A DNA stretch of 64,000 bases from an uncultured Actinomycetes bacterium (lineage in GTDB: Bacteria > Actinomycetota > Thermoleophilia > Gaiellales > Gaiellaceae), in assembly GCA_963819275.1 (NCBI GenBank), contig CAWFVH010000011.1, positions 3,744-67,743 on the forward strand, in the 5' to 3' direction. Positions 29,955 through 38,999 of this stretch are shown in pieces. The translations under genes and the position numbers were made by a program. Position 1 is the stretch's first letter. Each line of letters opens with the position of its first letter. The notes beneath the pieces are model-generated. The model searched no databases, was not told the DNA's origin, and worked only from the letters and a program-made list of their open reading frames with translations.

Positions 29955-31367
29955 ATGGCGATCGAACGACGGACCAAGATCGTGGCGACGCTCGGCCCGG
30001 CGTCGGACTCGCGCGAGCGCCTGCGCGCTTTGATCGAGACAGGCGTCGACGCCGTCCGGTTCAACCTCTCGCACGGAAGGCACGACGAGCATTCCGCGCG
30101 CGCCTGGCTCGTGCGCGAGATTGCGTCCGAGGTCGGCCGCCCGATCGCACTCATCGCCGATCTGCAGGGGCCGAAGCTGCGCATCGGCGAGCTCGAGGAA
30201 CCGATCGTGCTTCACACGGGCGACCGCATCAAGGTCTGCGCGGAGGAGAACGCCTCCGACGGCGAGCTGCCGATCGCGCCGGCGGTGATCGGGGACGTGC
30301 TCGAGCCCGGCCATGACGTTCTGATCGACGACGGGCGCGTGCGGCTCCGGGTCGACAAGGTCGAGGGTGGCGGCGCGACGTGCGCCGTCGTGGTGGGCGG
30401 TCTCGTCAGTTCGCACAAGGGCGTCAACCTTCCCGGCGTCCCGGTGCCGATTCCGTCCTTGACGCGGAAGGACCTGGCTGACCTGGAGTGGGCCATCGAG
30501 ACGGGGGTCGACTTCGTCGCGCTCTCCTTCATCCGCTCGCCTGCCGACGTGCGCGATCTGCGTGCGCTGCTCGAGCAGGCCGGCTCGCACGCGCACGTGA
30601 TCGCGAAGATCGAGAAGGCCGAGGCGGTCGACGTCCTCGACGAGGTGCTGGCCGAGACGGACGCGGTGATGGTCGCGCGCGGCGATCTCGGAGTCGAGAT
30701 CGGGCCGGCGCTCGTGCCGCTCGTCCAGAAACGGATCATCCACAAGGCGCTCGAGCGCGGGAAACCCGTGATCACCGCGACTCAGATGCTCGAGACGATG
30801 ATCCACTCGCCCGAGCCGACGCGGGCCGAGGCAAGCGACGTCGCGAACGCGATTCTCGACGGCACCTCCGCGGTGATGCTCTCCGGCGAGACGGCGGTCG
30901 GCGAATATCCGGTCGAGGCGGTCGCCTACATGGATCGGATCGCGCTGGCGGTCGAGCCGAGCCTCGACTATCGGCACGAGCTGCCCTCGGCCCATGAGCA
31001 ACCCACCATCGGCCAGGCGATGTCGAACGCCGCGTGCGACATCGCCGAGGCGCTGCAGTCGAAGGCGATCCTCGTCCCCACCTTCACCGGCCGGACGGCG
31101 AACGCCGTCGCGCGCCTGCGGCCGCGACGCCCGGTCGTGGCGCTGACGCACGTCGACTGGGCGATGCGCCAGCTCGCGCTCGAGTGGGGCGTCACGCCGC
31201 TCCTGATCTCCGAGACGTCCGACGTGGAGGAGCTCTGGCGCCTTGCGGTCGAGGCGTCACGCGACGCCGGGATCGTCGAGAGCGGCGACGCCGTCGTGAT
31301 CACGGCAGGGACGGCCGTCAACATCCCCGGCACGACCAACGTGATCAAGGTCGACGTCGTTCCCTAG
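29955..31367 (+). CDS. pyk: pyruvate kinase
   Basis: 470 aa from ATG 29955, with motifs TKIVATLGPAS, MVARGDLGVE and ATQMLESM-like ATQMLETM. Confidence 0.95.
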   Translation: MAIERRTKIVATLGPASDSRERLRALIETGVDAVRFNLSHGRHDEHSARAWLVREIASEVGRPIALIADLQGPKLRIGELEEPIVLHTGDRIKVCAEENASDGELPIAPAVIGDVLEPGHDVLIDDGRVRLRVDKVEGGGATCAVVVGGLVSSHKGVNLPGVPVPIPSLTRKDLADLEWAIETGVDFVALSFIRSPADVRDLRALLEQAGSHAHVIAKIEKAEAVDVLDEVLAETDAVMVARGDLGVEIGPALVPLVQKRIIHKALERGKPVITATQMLETMIHSPEPTRAEASDVANAILDGTSAVMLSGETAVGEYPVEAVAYMDRIALAVEPSLDYRHELPSAHEQPTIGQAMSNAACDIAEALQSKAILVPTFTGRTANAVARLRPRRPVVALTHVDWAMRQLALEWGVTPLLISETSDVEELWRLAVEASRDAGIVESGDAVVITAGTAVNIPGTTNVIKVDVVP

Positions 31368-31411
31368 TCCTCGCCGCAGGACCCCGACGGCGGCCGGAGA
31401 ACTCCGGCTGG

Positions 31412-31762
31412 ATGGCTACGAGGAGGAAGCGCCGCTGGGGCATCGGTGGACCGGGGGCCCGCCGTTGGTTCGCGGTTGGCGCGCTCGTGCTCGTGGGGCT
31501 CCTCTACTACCGGCCCTTGCACGACTTCGTCGACGCCCGTTCGCAGCGCGCCGTGCGGGTCGCGGCCGTGCGGAAACTCGAGCGGCAGCAGGCCAGGCTC
31601 GAGAAGCGTCTCGAGCACGCCTCGTCACTCACCGCGCTCGCGGCCGAGGCGCGGACGCTCGGCTACATCCGGCCTGGCGAGCACCTCTTCATCGTCAAGG
31701 ACATCCCGCAGTGGCGGCGCAGGCAGCATGGAGGCAGTCATGCTGCCTCCGGTGGTCACTGA
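31412..31762 (+). CDS. septum formation initiator (FtsB/DivIC-like) protein
   Basis: 116 aa. Basic N-terminus, one TM helix (WFAVGALVLVGLLYY), a coiled coil, then ARTLGYIRPGEHLFIV. Sits at the conserved actinobacterial position after eno. Confidence 0.75.
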   Translation: MATRRKRRWGIGGPGARRWFAVGALVLVGLLYYRPLHDFVDARSQRAVRVAAVRKLERQQARLEKRLEHASSLTALAAEARTLGYIRPGEHLFIVKDIPQWRRRQHGGSHAASGGH

Positions 31763-32252
31763 CGCCGATCGAGCGGCCGTAGCGCGGCAGCTCGGCCGCG
31801 AGCCGCGGACGCTGCGCCGCGTCGCGGTGAGGTGCCCGTTCGGCGCTCCGGCTGTCACCGAGCAGAGCCCGTACGGAGCGGACGGCGAGCCGTTCCCGAC
31901 GACGTACTACCTGACCTGCCGGCACCTGGTCGCCGCCGTGTCACGTGTCGAGGCCGCGGGAGGTGTCGAGCGGTGGAGTGAGGCGGCGCGCGCCGAGGCC
32001 GCGCTCGCCGCGAGCCTTGCCGCCGGCGACGAGGAGCAGCGGCGCCTGCGCAGGGAGCTCGCCGGCGAGACGACCGGCACCGACGGCGGCGCTTCGCTCG
32101 ACTACGGCATCGCCGGCTCGAGACGGAGGGGCAGCCTCAAGTGCCTCCATGCGCACGTCGCGTTCGCTCTCGCCCGGCCGGGCTACGAGCTCGGCGAGCG
32201 CATCGTCGCCGAGGTCGAGCCGCGCTGGCCGGATCGATGCTGCAGCCGATGA
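31728..32252 (+). CDS. DUF501 domain-containing protein
   Basis: ATG 31728 (alternative 31740). Pattern VAVRCPFGAPAV...FPTTYYLTCRHL...KCLHAHVAF and the conserved position after ftsB. Confidence 0.75.
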   Translation: MEAVMLPPVVTDADRAAVARQLGREPRTLRRVAVRCPFGAPAVTEQSPYGADGEPFPTTYYLTCRHLVAAVSRVEAAGGVERWSEAARAEAALAASLAAGDEEQRRLRRELAGETTGTDGGASLDYGIAGSRRRGSLKCLHAHVAFALARPGYELGERIVAEVEPRWPDRCCSR

Positions 32253-32560
32253 GCCAGGTCGAGGTCACGCGCCAGGAGTGGGACGAGGGGACCCGCCACC
32301 TCGAGGGCGCCCGCAACGACGAGCGTCGATACCGGCAGCTGCTCGGGCTTCTCGAGCTCGTGCTCGACGAGCTGCGGAAGCGCGTCGGGCAGACATACAC
32401 GCTCCGAGAGCTCGTCACCGTCTACGGCGACTCCGACCGCTGGGCCCGCGAGGTACTCGAAGAACGCGCCGAGACCCCGGGTTGGGCGCGCGATCTGTCG
32501 ATCGTCGTTGCCGCAGCCTTCGACGCGTTTCAGCGCGGAGCTACCGACTACAAACCATGA
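32249..32560 (+). CDS. hypothetical protein
   Basis: 103 aa. ATG 32249 overlaps the DUF501 stop (ATGA); alternative ATG 32237. Balanced composition. No family recognised. Confidence 0.6.
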   Translation: MSQVEVTRQEWDEGTRHLEGARNDERRYRQLLGLLELVLDELRKRVGQTYTLRELVTVYGDSDRWAREVLEERAETPGWARDLSIVVAAAFDAFQRGATDYKP

Positions 32561-32584
32561 GGATGTGGGTCTTGCGCCACATCC
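32561..32584 (+). terminator. 8-bp stem-loop directly after a stop codon
   Basis: GGATGTGG-gtcttgcg-CCACATCC begins 1 nt after TGA 32558-32560 and is followed by an AT-rich stretch. No U tract. Confidence 0.4.
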
Positions 32585-32621
32585 ACGTGTAATAAGCGTC
32601 AGTTTTGGTCAAGATTCGCTC

Positions 32622-33200
32622 ATGGCCTACCGCGAGGACAGCGCGCGCCGTGAGCCCGAGTGGCTAACCCTCGGGCAGGCCGCTCGCTTCCTGGGCGTCG
32701 CCCAGAGCACGATCCGGAAGTGGTCGGATCAGGGGCGCGTCCCGGCGTTCTATACGCCCGGCGGCCACCGGCGGTTCCGGCGTGGCGATCTCGAGACGTT
32801 CCTCGCGCGCTCCGGTCCCGGGCGCCGGCAGGCCGGCCCGAGCGTTCTGCTCGTCGACGACGACGACCGCATGCGGGAGCTCGTTCGGCTCCAGCTCGAG
32901 CGCGAGGGTTATGCCGTCCAGGAGGCCGCCAGCGCAGACGAGGGGCTCGCCGCGATCGAGAGCCGCAAGCCTGACCTCGTCCTCCTCGACGTGATGATGC
33001 CCCACGTCGACGGCTGGGAGATGCTGCGGCGCATCCAGGAACGGCACGGTGCCGGCGCGATTCCCGTGCTGATGTTCAGCGGCCAGGTCGACGACGAGGC
33101 GAGGCGCCAGGCGGCGTCGAGCGGCGCCCGGGCTTTCGTGGGCAAGGGTTTCGACCTCGACGACCTCGTCGAGCAGGCGAAGGCGATCGTTCCGGTCTAG
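32622..33200 (+). CDS. response regulator with N-terminal MerR/excisionase-type HTH and C-terminal receiver domain
   Basis: 192 aa. HTH_17-like LTLGQAARFLGVAQSTIRKWSDQGRVPAFYTPGGHRRFRRGDLETFL followed by a receiver domain (LLVDDDD, LVLLDVMMPHVDG, LMFSG, VGKGF). Confidence 0.8.
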   Translation: MAYREDSARREPEWLTLGQAARFLGVAQSTIRKWSDQGRVPAFYTPGGHRRFRRGDLETFLARSGPGRRQAGPSVLLVDDDDRMRELVRLQLEREGYAVQEAASADEGLAAIESRKPDLVLLDVMMPHVDGWEMLRRIQERHGAGAIPVLMFSGQVDDEARRQAASSGARAFVGKGFDLDDLVEQAKAIVPV

Positions 33201-34444
33201 TCCGGGGTAGCGTCCGCCTCCGGCGGCAGCGGGAAGGCGAGCGCGACGCCGACCGCCAGGGCGAGCGCCAAAGCAAAGAGCACCATGGCCCAGCCGGCCG
33301 ATGCCTCGTTGACGACGAGGCCGCCGACCAGGGGTGCGACCGCGGCGAGTGCCGTGGCGACCTGGAAGAGCCCGGCGTTGACCCTCCCGTGCATCGACGC
33401 TGGTGCGCGGCGGAGCACGATCCCGAACAGCGCGGCATTCGTCGCCGGCGAGAGGATGAGCGGCAGGGCCAGGGGAATCGCCACAGCCGGCGACGGCATG
33501 ATCGCCGCCGCTGCCAGAAACAACAGCGTCCCGCCTCCGGTGAGCAGCAGGAGCGCCTGGCGCACGGTCAGGCGCGCGCGGATCCGGGGAGCGAGCACGG
33601 CCCCGACGATTCCGCCGACCATGATCACCGCCTCGGCTGTGCCGATCACGACCGCAGACACACCGTTCCGCCGCAGACCGAGGATGACCGTGAAGATCGC
33701 CCCGCTGAAGGCGAAGTTGATCAGCGGCGCCTGGATCAGGACGGCGCGGAGAAACGAGTCGCGCCAGAGCAGCTTCAGGCCCTCGAGCGACTCGGCCCAG
33801 AGGCCGCGGCGCTCGGTGTGCTCCGACTTCGTCGCGAAGTCGCCGGTGATCGCTCGCGAGGTCAGGACCGAGACCCCGTACGAGACGGCGTCGGCGAGGA
33901 AGGGAATGGCCCGGCCGAGCCCGTAGAGGAACCCGCCGAGCGGTGGGCCGACGAGATTGGCGGCGTACTGGCGGCCTTCGCTGACGGCCCAGCCGGCTTC
34001 GAGGTGCTCGTCGGGGACGATCAGCGGCAGCGCGGCAATCGAGGAGGGAGTGAAGAGCGTGTCGCCGGTTCGATCGACGATTGCGATCACCATGACGATC
34101 GGCCAGCTCACCACGCCGGTCGCGACGAGCACCGCGAGCGTCGCGAGCGCGATCGTCCGCGCGGCGTCGACGAGCATCATCGCGCGCCGCCGGTCGAGCC
34201 TGTCGGCCAGCGCTCCCGCCGGCAGTCTCACGGCGAAGGCCGATGCTTCCGCGGCTGTTCCCACCGCACCTGCGACGAGCGCCGAGTGCGTCAGCGCGAG
34301 TACGAGCAGTGGATAGGCGAGCGTTCCGATCTGCGTGCCGAGATCGGAGAGAACCTGCCCGATCCACAGCAGCCGGAAGTTCCGGTTTGCCTGCAGCGCG
34401 CGTAGCGCAGACGCGCCGTGGGCAGCGTCGGGCGCCGTCGTCAT
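33197..34444 (-). CDS. MFS transporter
   Basis: 415 aa, about 12 TM helices and an MFS loop motif (GALADRLDRRR). Confidence 0.85.
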   Translation of the reverse strand: MTTAPDAAHGASALRALQANRNFRLLWIGQVLSDLGTQIGTLAYPLLVLALTHSALVAGAVGTAAEASAFAVRLPAGALADRLDRRRAMMLVDAARTIALATLAVLVATGVVSWPIVMVIAIVDRTGDTLFTPSSIAALPLIVPDEHLEAGWAVSEGRQYAANLVGPPLGGFLYGLGRAIPFLADAVSYGVSVLTSRAITGDFATKSEHTERRGLWAESLEGLKLLWRDSFLRAVLIQAPLINFAFSGAIFTVILGLRRNGVSAVVIGTAEAVIMVGGIVGAVLAPRIRARLTVRQALLLLTGGGTLLFLAAAAIMPSPAVAIPLALPLILSPATNAALFGIVLRRAPASMHGRVNAGLFQVATALAAVAPLVGGLVVNEASAGWAMVLFALALALAVGVALAFPLPPEADATPD

Positions 34445-34463
34445 CGCGGGCTACTCGCCGGGG

Positions 34464-34976
34464 TTACGGAAGTTCTTCGGCGGTGCGGAGCATCCCGGCG
34501 CCCAAGAGGCCCAGTGCTCCGAGCAGGCTGATGTAGAGCCCGATCCCGCGTGCGGGGTCGACGAAGTACGTGTCCGGGACGGAGATCAGCCGGACGAGGA
34601 CGAAGATCACAGCGAGCGCGCCGAGCCCGATCAGGAGCAGCCGGTCGGGTATCGCCGCCGGCAGCAGGATCCCGGCCTCGCGCGACGCCTCGAGGATCAG
34701 CGTGACGAGTCCGACGAAGAAGACAAGCTTGCCGAGGGTGCCCGTATGCCACCCGGTCACCGACAGCGTCAGGCCGTTCGGGAGCGTTCCCGAGTACCAG
34801 TCGGTGAACGCCGAGATCGTGAGGACGAGCCCGGAGACCCAGGCGAGCCGCACTCCCCAGCTTCCCGCCAGCGGCGTCGCACGCTCGGGCCGCGCCGGTC
34901 GGCGCTCCGGTCGCATCCGAGACGGGCGGGTTGGCTCCGGCGTTTGCACAGGCGCAGTATGGGCAAAAGAGTGCAC
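34464..34976 (-). CDS. hypothetical membrane protein
   Basis: Up to 170 aa (start uncertain; an internal ATG lies at codon 21). Four hydrophobic helices. Confidence 0.55.
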   Translation of the reverse strand: MHSFAHTAPVQTPEPTRPSRMRPERRPARPERATPLAGSWGVRLAWVSGLVLTISAFTDWYSGTLPNGLTLSVTGWHTGTLGKLVFFVGLVTLILEASREAGILLPAAIPDRLLLIGLGALAVIFVLVRLISVPDTYFVDPARGIGLYISLLGALGLLGAGMLRTAEELP

Positions 34977-35019
34977 CGGCGCACACGGGGTCGCGCCTTC
35001 TCCGAGGACAACGAGGCAG

Positions 35020-35208
35020 TTGCAGGACGTAGAGGTTCAGGTCGACGACTCTGTTCTTGTCGACTTCGCAGTCACGGAAACCGACGTCACCGGCGAGTTC
35101 CGCTGCACCGACTGCGGGTACGGAGCGGTCGTCCGCCGTGCACTTCCGGCGTGCCCGATGTGTGGCGGCACGTTCTGGGAGAGCCGTCCAACGCGCCTTC
35201 GGGACTGA
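35020..35208 (+). CDS. small zinc-ribbon protein (62 aa)
   Basis: TTG 35020 is preceded by GAGG. CTDCG...CPMCG forms a four-Cys ribbon. High GC3. Lies 45 nt upstream of the PP2C gene. Confidence 0.5.
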   Translation: MQDVEVQVDDSVLVDFAVTETDVTGEFRCTDCGYGAVVRRALPACPMCGGTFWESRPTRLRD

Positions 35209-35253
35209 GGCGCGCTCGCCGCCCGCACCGCCGGGGCGGAATACTTTCCAGCG

Positions 35254-37977
35254 ATGACGACTTTGCTCGACCCGAGGGACTCGCGGCTGGGGGCCGCGTC
35301 GCTCGCGGCGCTCGTGCGTGCCGTGACCGCTGCGGCGGGGTCGTCGGGCGCCTCCGAGGCGTTGCGGACTCTGGCCGAAGCCGCGCAGACCGTGTCGGGG
35401 GCCGAGATCGCGCTCGTCCGCGCGCTCGACGACGGTGCGACGCGGCTCGAAGTCGTGGCCGTCGCAGCACCGCAGGCGCTCGCGGCAGAGTTGTACGGGA
35501 CGGCGCTGCCGGCGTCAGAGCTCCCGGAAGCGCCGCTCGACGACCTCGCCCAGGCTCCGGCCGCGGTGCGCCGCCTCGCCGAGCGCGCCGGCGCCACCCG
35601 GCTTCTGCTGATGCCTGCCCGCGCAGATGGCTACGCCGTCTCGGTCGAGCTCTACGGCTCGGGCGAGCCGTTCGGGGCAGACCAACGAGTCGCCGCCGAG
35701 CTGTGTGCCGCGCAGGCTGCTCTCGTGCTCCGCGCGTTCGGCGGCGGCGGCGGCGACGTCTCGTCGCTCGCGCGGCCGGCGCTCGAGCTGGCCGGCGAGG
35801 CCCTCGTGGTTGCCATGGAGGAGAAGGACGCGGCGGCTGAGATCATCCGCCTCGCCGCAGGGGTCGCAGGGGCTGCCGCCGCCGTCCTCTGGGAGGGTCG
35901 CGACGACTCGTTCGTCCCCGCCACCTCGTGGGGAATCGACCCGGCCGCGAGTCTCGAGACGGCGCGAGAGGCCGCGGAACGTGCTCTCGCCGAGCCGGAA
36001 CCGACCTCTGTGCAGGTGGCCGGGCTCCCTCAGGACTGGGCGGTGTCGACGACGCTGCCGCTCGGCAGGCCGCCGCTCGGCGTGCTGCAACTGTTCCATC
36101 GCGCGGGCGAGGAGCCGGATGCGGAGCAGCTCGCACAGCTGGCGACGTTTGGTGTCCGCGCAGCGCATGCGCTACGGACGGGCGAGCGGGCGCGCCTCCT
36201 CGCGCTCGAGCTCGAGCGGACGCAGGCGCTGCTCGAGGTCATCGTCCAGGCGACGGCGGAGCTCTCTGTCTCGCACACCCTGGAGACCGCCGTCGAGCGC
36301 GTTGCGGAGCTGCTCGATGTGGATCGCGTGGCCGTCTACCTCTGGGGCACGGGCGACGGCACGCTCGAGGAAGCGGCAAGCCGCAACCTGGACGGCCCGC
36401 ACTCGCGCGTCGCCGACACGCTGCTCGACGTCGCGCTCGGCCCGGCGCGCGAGGGTGCCGTGCTCGAGGTCGTGGACGTCGCGCGGGACCCACGGCTCGC
36501 CGAGGCGGCGGACGCCGCCCGGGAGACGGGAATCGGCTCGGCTCTCGCAGTTCCGCTCACGGCGCGGGGCGACGTCGTCGGACTTCTTGCCGCGTACCCG
36601 GCCGGTCGGCCTGCCGCCGGCACGCACGAGACGGCCTTGCTTGCCGCCCTCGCCGGACAGCTCGCGATCGCTGTCCAGAACGCGCAGCTCCACGAGCAGG
36701 CGACCTTGCTCGGCCGGGAGCGCGAGGCAGCGCTTGCAGCCGAGCGCGCGGCGGCACGCCAGATCCGCGCGCTCTACGAGGTGTCGCGCTCCTTCGCGCA
36801 GAGCCTCCGGCTCGACGAGACGCTCGACGCGCTCGCGCGCACCGTCGTCGAGGTGCTCGATCTCGACGCCGCGGTCGTGAGGATGCCGGACGAGCGCCGC
36901 GAGCAGCTCGTGCCGCACGCGGTCCACATCCGGGACGCTCCGTTCGCCGACGCGGTCCGCACCATCCTCACCCAGCCTGTCCCGTTTGGACAGTGGAACG
37001 TGCAGCGGCTCTTTCGCGAGCGGCGGGCCTTCCGGCTCGGCTCCGGCCGCAGAGAGCAGTTCTTGCCGGCGCTCGTCCCGTTCCTCGAGAAGGGGTGGAC
37101 CGCGGCCATCGTTCCCGTTGCCCTGCCGACCGAGGTCGTCGCCTCGCTCGGCATCTTCTCCTTTCGCCCGGGCAGCCCGCTCTCGCAGGAGACGGTCGAG
37201 GCGGCCACCGCGCTCGCCTCCCAGGCCGCCCTCGCGATCGACAACGCCCGGCTCTACCAGCAGCAGAAGCAGTTCGCCGACACGATGCAGCGCTCGCTGC
37301 TGCCCCGTTCCCGTCCCGTGATCGAAGGGCTCGAGGTTGGCGAGGTGTACGAGCCCTCGGCGCGCGTGGACGTCGGCGGCGACCTGTACGACTTCCTCGA
37401 ACTCGAGGACGGCCGGCTCGCCGTCGTGCTCGGGGACGTGACGGGGCACGGCGTCGACGCGACGGCCGACATGGCTATGGCGAAGTTCGTCTTCCGCTCG
37501 CTTGCTCGGGAGCATCCGGAGCCGGCCGACTTCCTGTCCTCTGCGAACGACGTGATCTGCAGCGAGATCGGCGCCGGCAAGTTCATCAGCATGAGCTACG
37601 TGGTCGTCGACGGCCAGAGCGGCACGGTCACCGCCGCGAGTGCAGGTCATCCCGCACCTCGCATCGTGCTTCCCGACGGATCGACGCGACCGTTGGAGGC
37701 GCATGGCCTCGTGCTCGGGATCGACGGCGGCCAGGAATACGTGGAATCCGGCGCCGACCTCCCACCGGGCGCGTCGCTCGTGCTCTACACCGACGGTGTT
37801 GTCGAGGCGCGGCACAAGGGCGAGCTCTACGGGGACGACCGTCTCGACGCGCTGCTCGCGCAGCGCCACGAGCTGCCGGCCCGCGCGCTGGCCGTCGCCG
37901 TTGCGGAGGACGCACGGGAGTTCGCCGGCGGCGACCTCTCCGACGACCTCGCCGTCGTGGTGATTCGGAGGACCTGA
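35254..37977 (+). CDS. multi-GAF-domain PP2C/SpoIIE-family protein phosphatase
   Basis: 907 aa. About 650 aa of GAF-like repeats, then a SpoIIE/PP2C core (VGGDLYDF...LGDVTGHGVDA...LYTDGVVEA...GGDLSDDLAVVV). Confidence 0.85.
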   Translation: MTTLLDPRDSRLGAASLAALVRAVTAAAGSSGASEALRTLAEAAQTVSGAEIALVRALDDGATRLEVVAVAAPQALAAELYGTALPASELPEAPLDDLAQAPAAVRRLAERAGATRLLLMPARADGYAVSVELYGSGEPFGADQRVAAELCAAQAALVLRAFGGGGGDVSSLARPALELAGEALVVAMEEKDAAAEIIRLAAGVAGAAAAVLWEGRDDSFVPATSWGIDPAASLETAREAAERALAEPEPTSVQVAGLPQDWAVSTTLPLGRPPLGVLQLFHRAGEEPDAEQLAQLATFGVRAAHALRTGERARLLALELERTQALLEVIVQATAELSVSHTLETAVERVAELLDVDRVAVYLWGTGDGTLEEAASRNLDGPHSRVADTLLDVALGPAREGAVLEVVDVARDPRLAEAADAARETGIGSALAVPLTARGDVVGLLAAYPAGRPAAGTHETALLAALAGQLAIAVQNAQLHEQATLLGREREAALAAERAAARQIRALYEVSRSFAQSLRLDETLDALARTVVEVLDLDAAVVRMPDERREQLVPHAVHIRDAPFADAVRTILTQPVPFGQWNVQRLFRERRAFRLGSGRREQFLPALVPFLEKGWTAAIVPVALPTEVVASLGIFSFRPGSPLSQETVEAATALASQAALAIDNARLYQQQKQFADTMQRSLLPRSRPVIEGLEVGEVYEPSARVDVGGDLYDFLELEDGRLAVVLGDVTGHGVDATADMAMAKFVFRSLAREHPEPADFLSSANDVICSEIGAGKFISMSYVVVDGQSGTVTAASAGHPAPRIVLPDGSTRPLEAHGLVLGIDGGQEYVESGADLPPGASLVLYTDGVVEARHKGELYGDDRLDALLAQRHELPARALAVAVAEDAREFAGGDLSDDLAVVVIRRT

Positions 37978-37990
37978 GCCGACCGCTCCC

Positions 37991-38011
37991 CGGACGGAGG
38001 TTTCCCGTCCG
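37991..38011 (+). terminator. 7-bp stem-loop after the PP2C gene
   Basis: CGGACGG-aggtttc-CCGTCCG lies 14 nt after TGA 37975-37977. Weak, with no U tract. Confidence 0.3.
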
Positions 38012-38033
38012 AAAGCTAGAATCGAGGCGTTCC

Positions 38034-38993
38034 GTGGCGAAGCGCGCCGGCTTCATCCTCTGTCTCGTCGTCTGCGCCCTCGGCGTGGGGGCCGGGCATG
38101 CCCGCGCCGACACGCCTCCTACTCCGACTGTGATCGCGGACGGCGTCCAGATCGGCTCGGTGGACGTCAGCGGCCTCACGGCCGACGAGGCGACTACGGC
38201 CGTCCAGGACGCCTATTTCGCCCCGGTCGTGCTGCACGTCGGGCACCACAGCTACTCGGTCTCCCCGCATCACTTCCACACGGCGCTTCCTGTCGGGCCG
38301 GCCGTCCAGACCGCACTCACCGCGCCGGTGGACACGGCAATCCCGCTCGAGCCGACGCCGGACATGACGCTCGTCGCGAAGTGGGTGAAGACGCTGGCCG
38401 CCAAGACGTATCGCGCGCCAGTCGCCGGCACGCTGCGCCTGCGGAAGAGCCGCCCGTTCTTCGGCACCGCCCATCCGGGCCGCGCATTGCGGCCGTTCCC
38501 GATGCGCATGCTGATCCGCGACGCGATCGTCGCCGGCACGCGCACCGTGATTGCGGCGCCGGTGCGGACGCTCAAGGCCGCCTCCGTCAAGGCCGAGCCG
38601 GTCGTCGTGATCCACCGCGGACTGAATCGTTTGTACCTCTACGACGGCACGAGGCTCGTGCGCGTCTTCCCCGTGGCGACGGGTCAGGCGGCATGGCCGA
38701 CGCCGCTCGGCCAGTTCCAGATCGTCGTCAAGCAGAAGAACCCGTGGTGGTTCCCGCCGACCCAGGATTCGTGGGCTGCCGGCGCCAAGCCCGTTCCGCC
38801 CGGCCCCGGCAACCCCCTCGGCACGCGTTGGATGGGCCTGAGCGTCTCGGGGGTGGGGATCCACGGCACCGATGAGCCGTGGTCGATCGGACACTCCGAG
38901 TCGCACGGCTGCATCCGGATGCAGGTGGCATCCGCGGAGTGGCTGTTCAACCGCGTGCGGGTCGGGACGCCGGTCTTCATCATCCCGGCCTAG
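38034..38993 (+). CDS. L,D-transpeptidase (YkuD family)
   Basis: 319 aa from GTG 38034 (GAGG 7 nt upstream). Signal peptide and a YkuD core ending in GIHGT...SHGCIRM. Confidence 0.85.
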   Translation: MAKRAGFILCLVVCALGVGAGHARADTPPTPTVIADGVQIGSVDVSGLTADEATTAVQDAYFAPVVLHVGHHSYSVSPHHFHTALPVGPAVQTALTAPVDTAIPLEPTPDMTLVAKWVKTLAAKTYRAPVAGTLRLRKSRPFFGTAHPGRALRPFPMRMLIRDAIVAGTRTVIAAPVRTLKAASVKAEPVVVIHRGLNRLYLYDGTRLVRVFPVATGQAAWPTPLGQFQIVVKQKNPWWFPPTQDSWAAGAKPVPPGPGNPLGTRWMGLSVSGVGIHGTDEPWSIGHSESHGCIRMQVASAEWLFNRVRVGTPVFIIPA

Positions 38994-38999
38994 CGCGTC

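Noticed and set aside
35928-38033. 5' 700 codons of the 1021-aa ORF containing the L,D-transpeptidase
   Set aside because: It lies entirely inside the GAF-PP2C gene in another frame and is Arg/Gly/Ala-rich. A proper GTG with RBS and a signal peptide begins at 38034.
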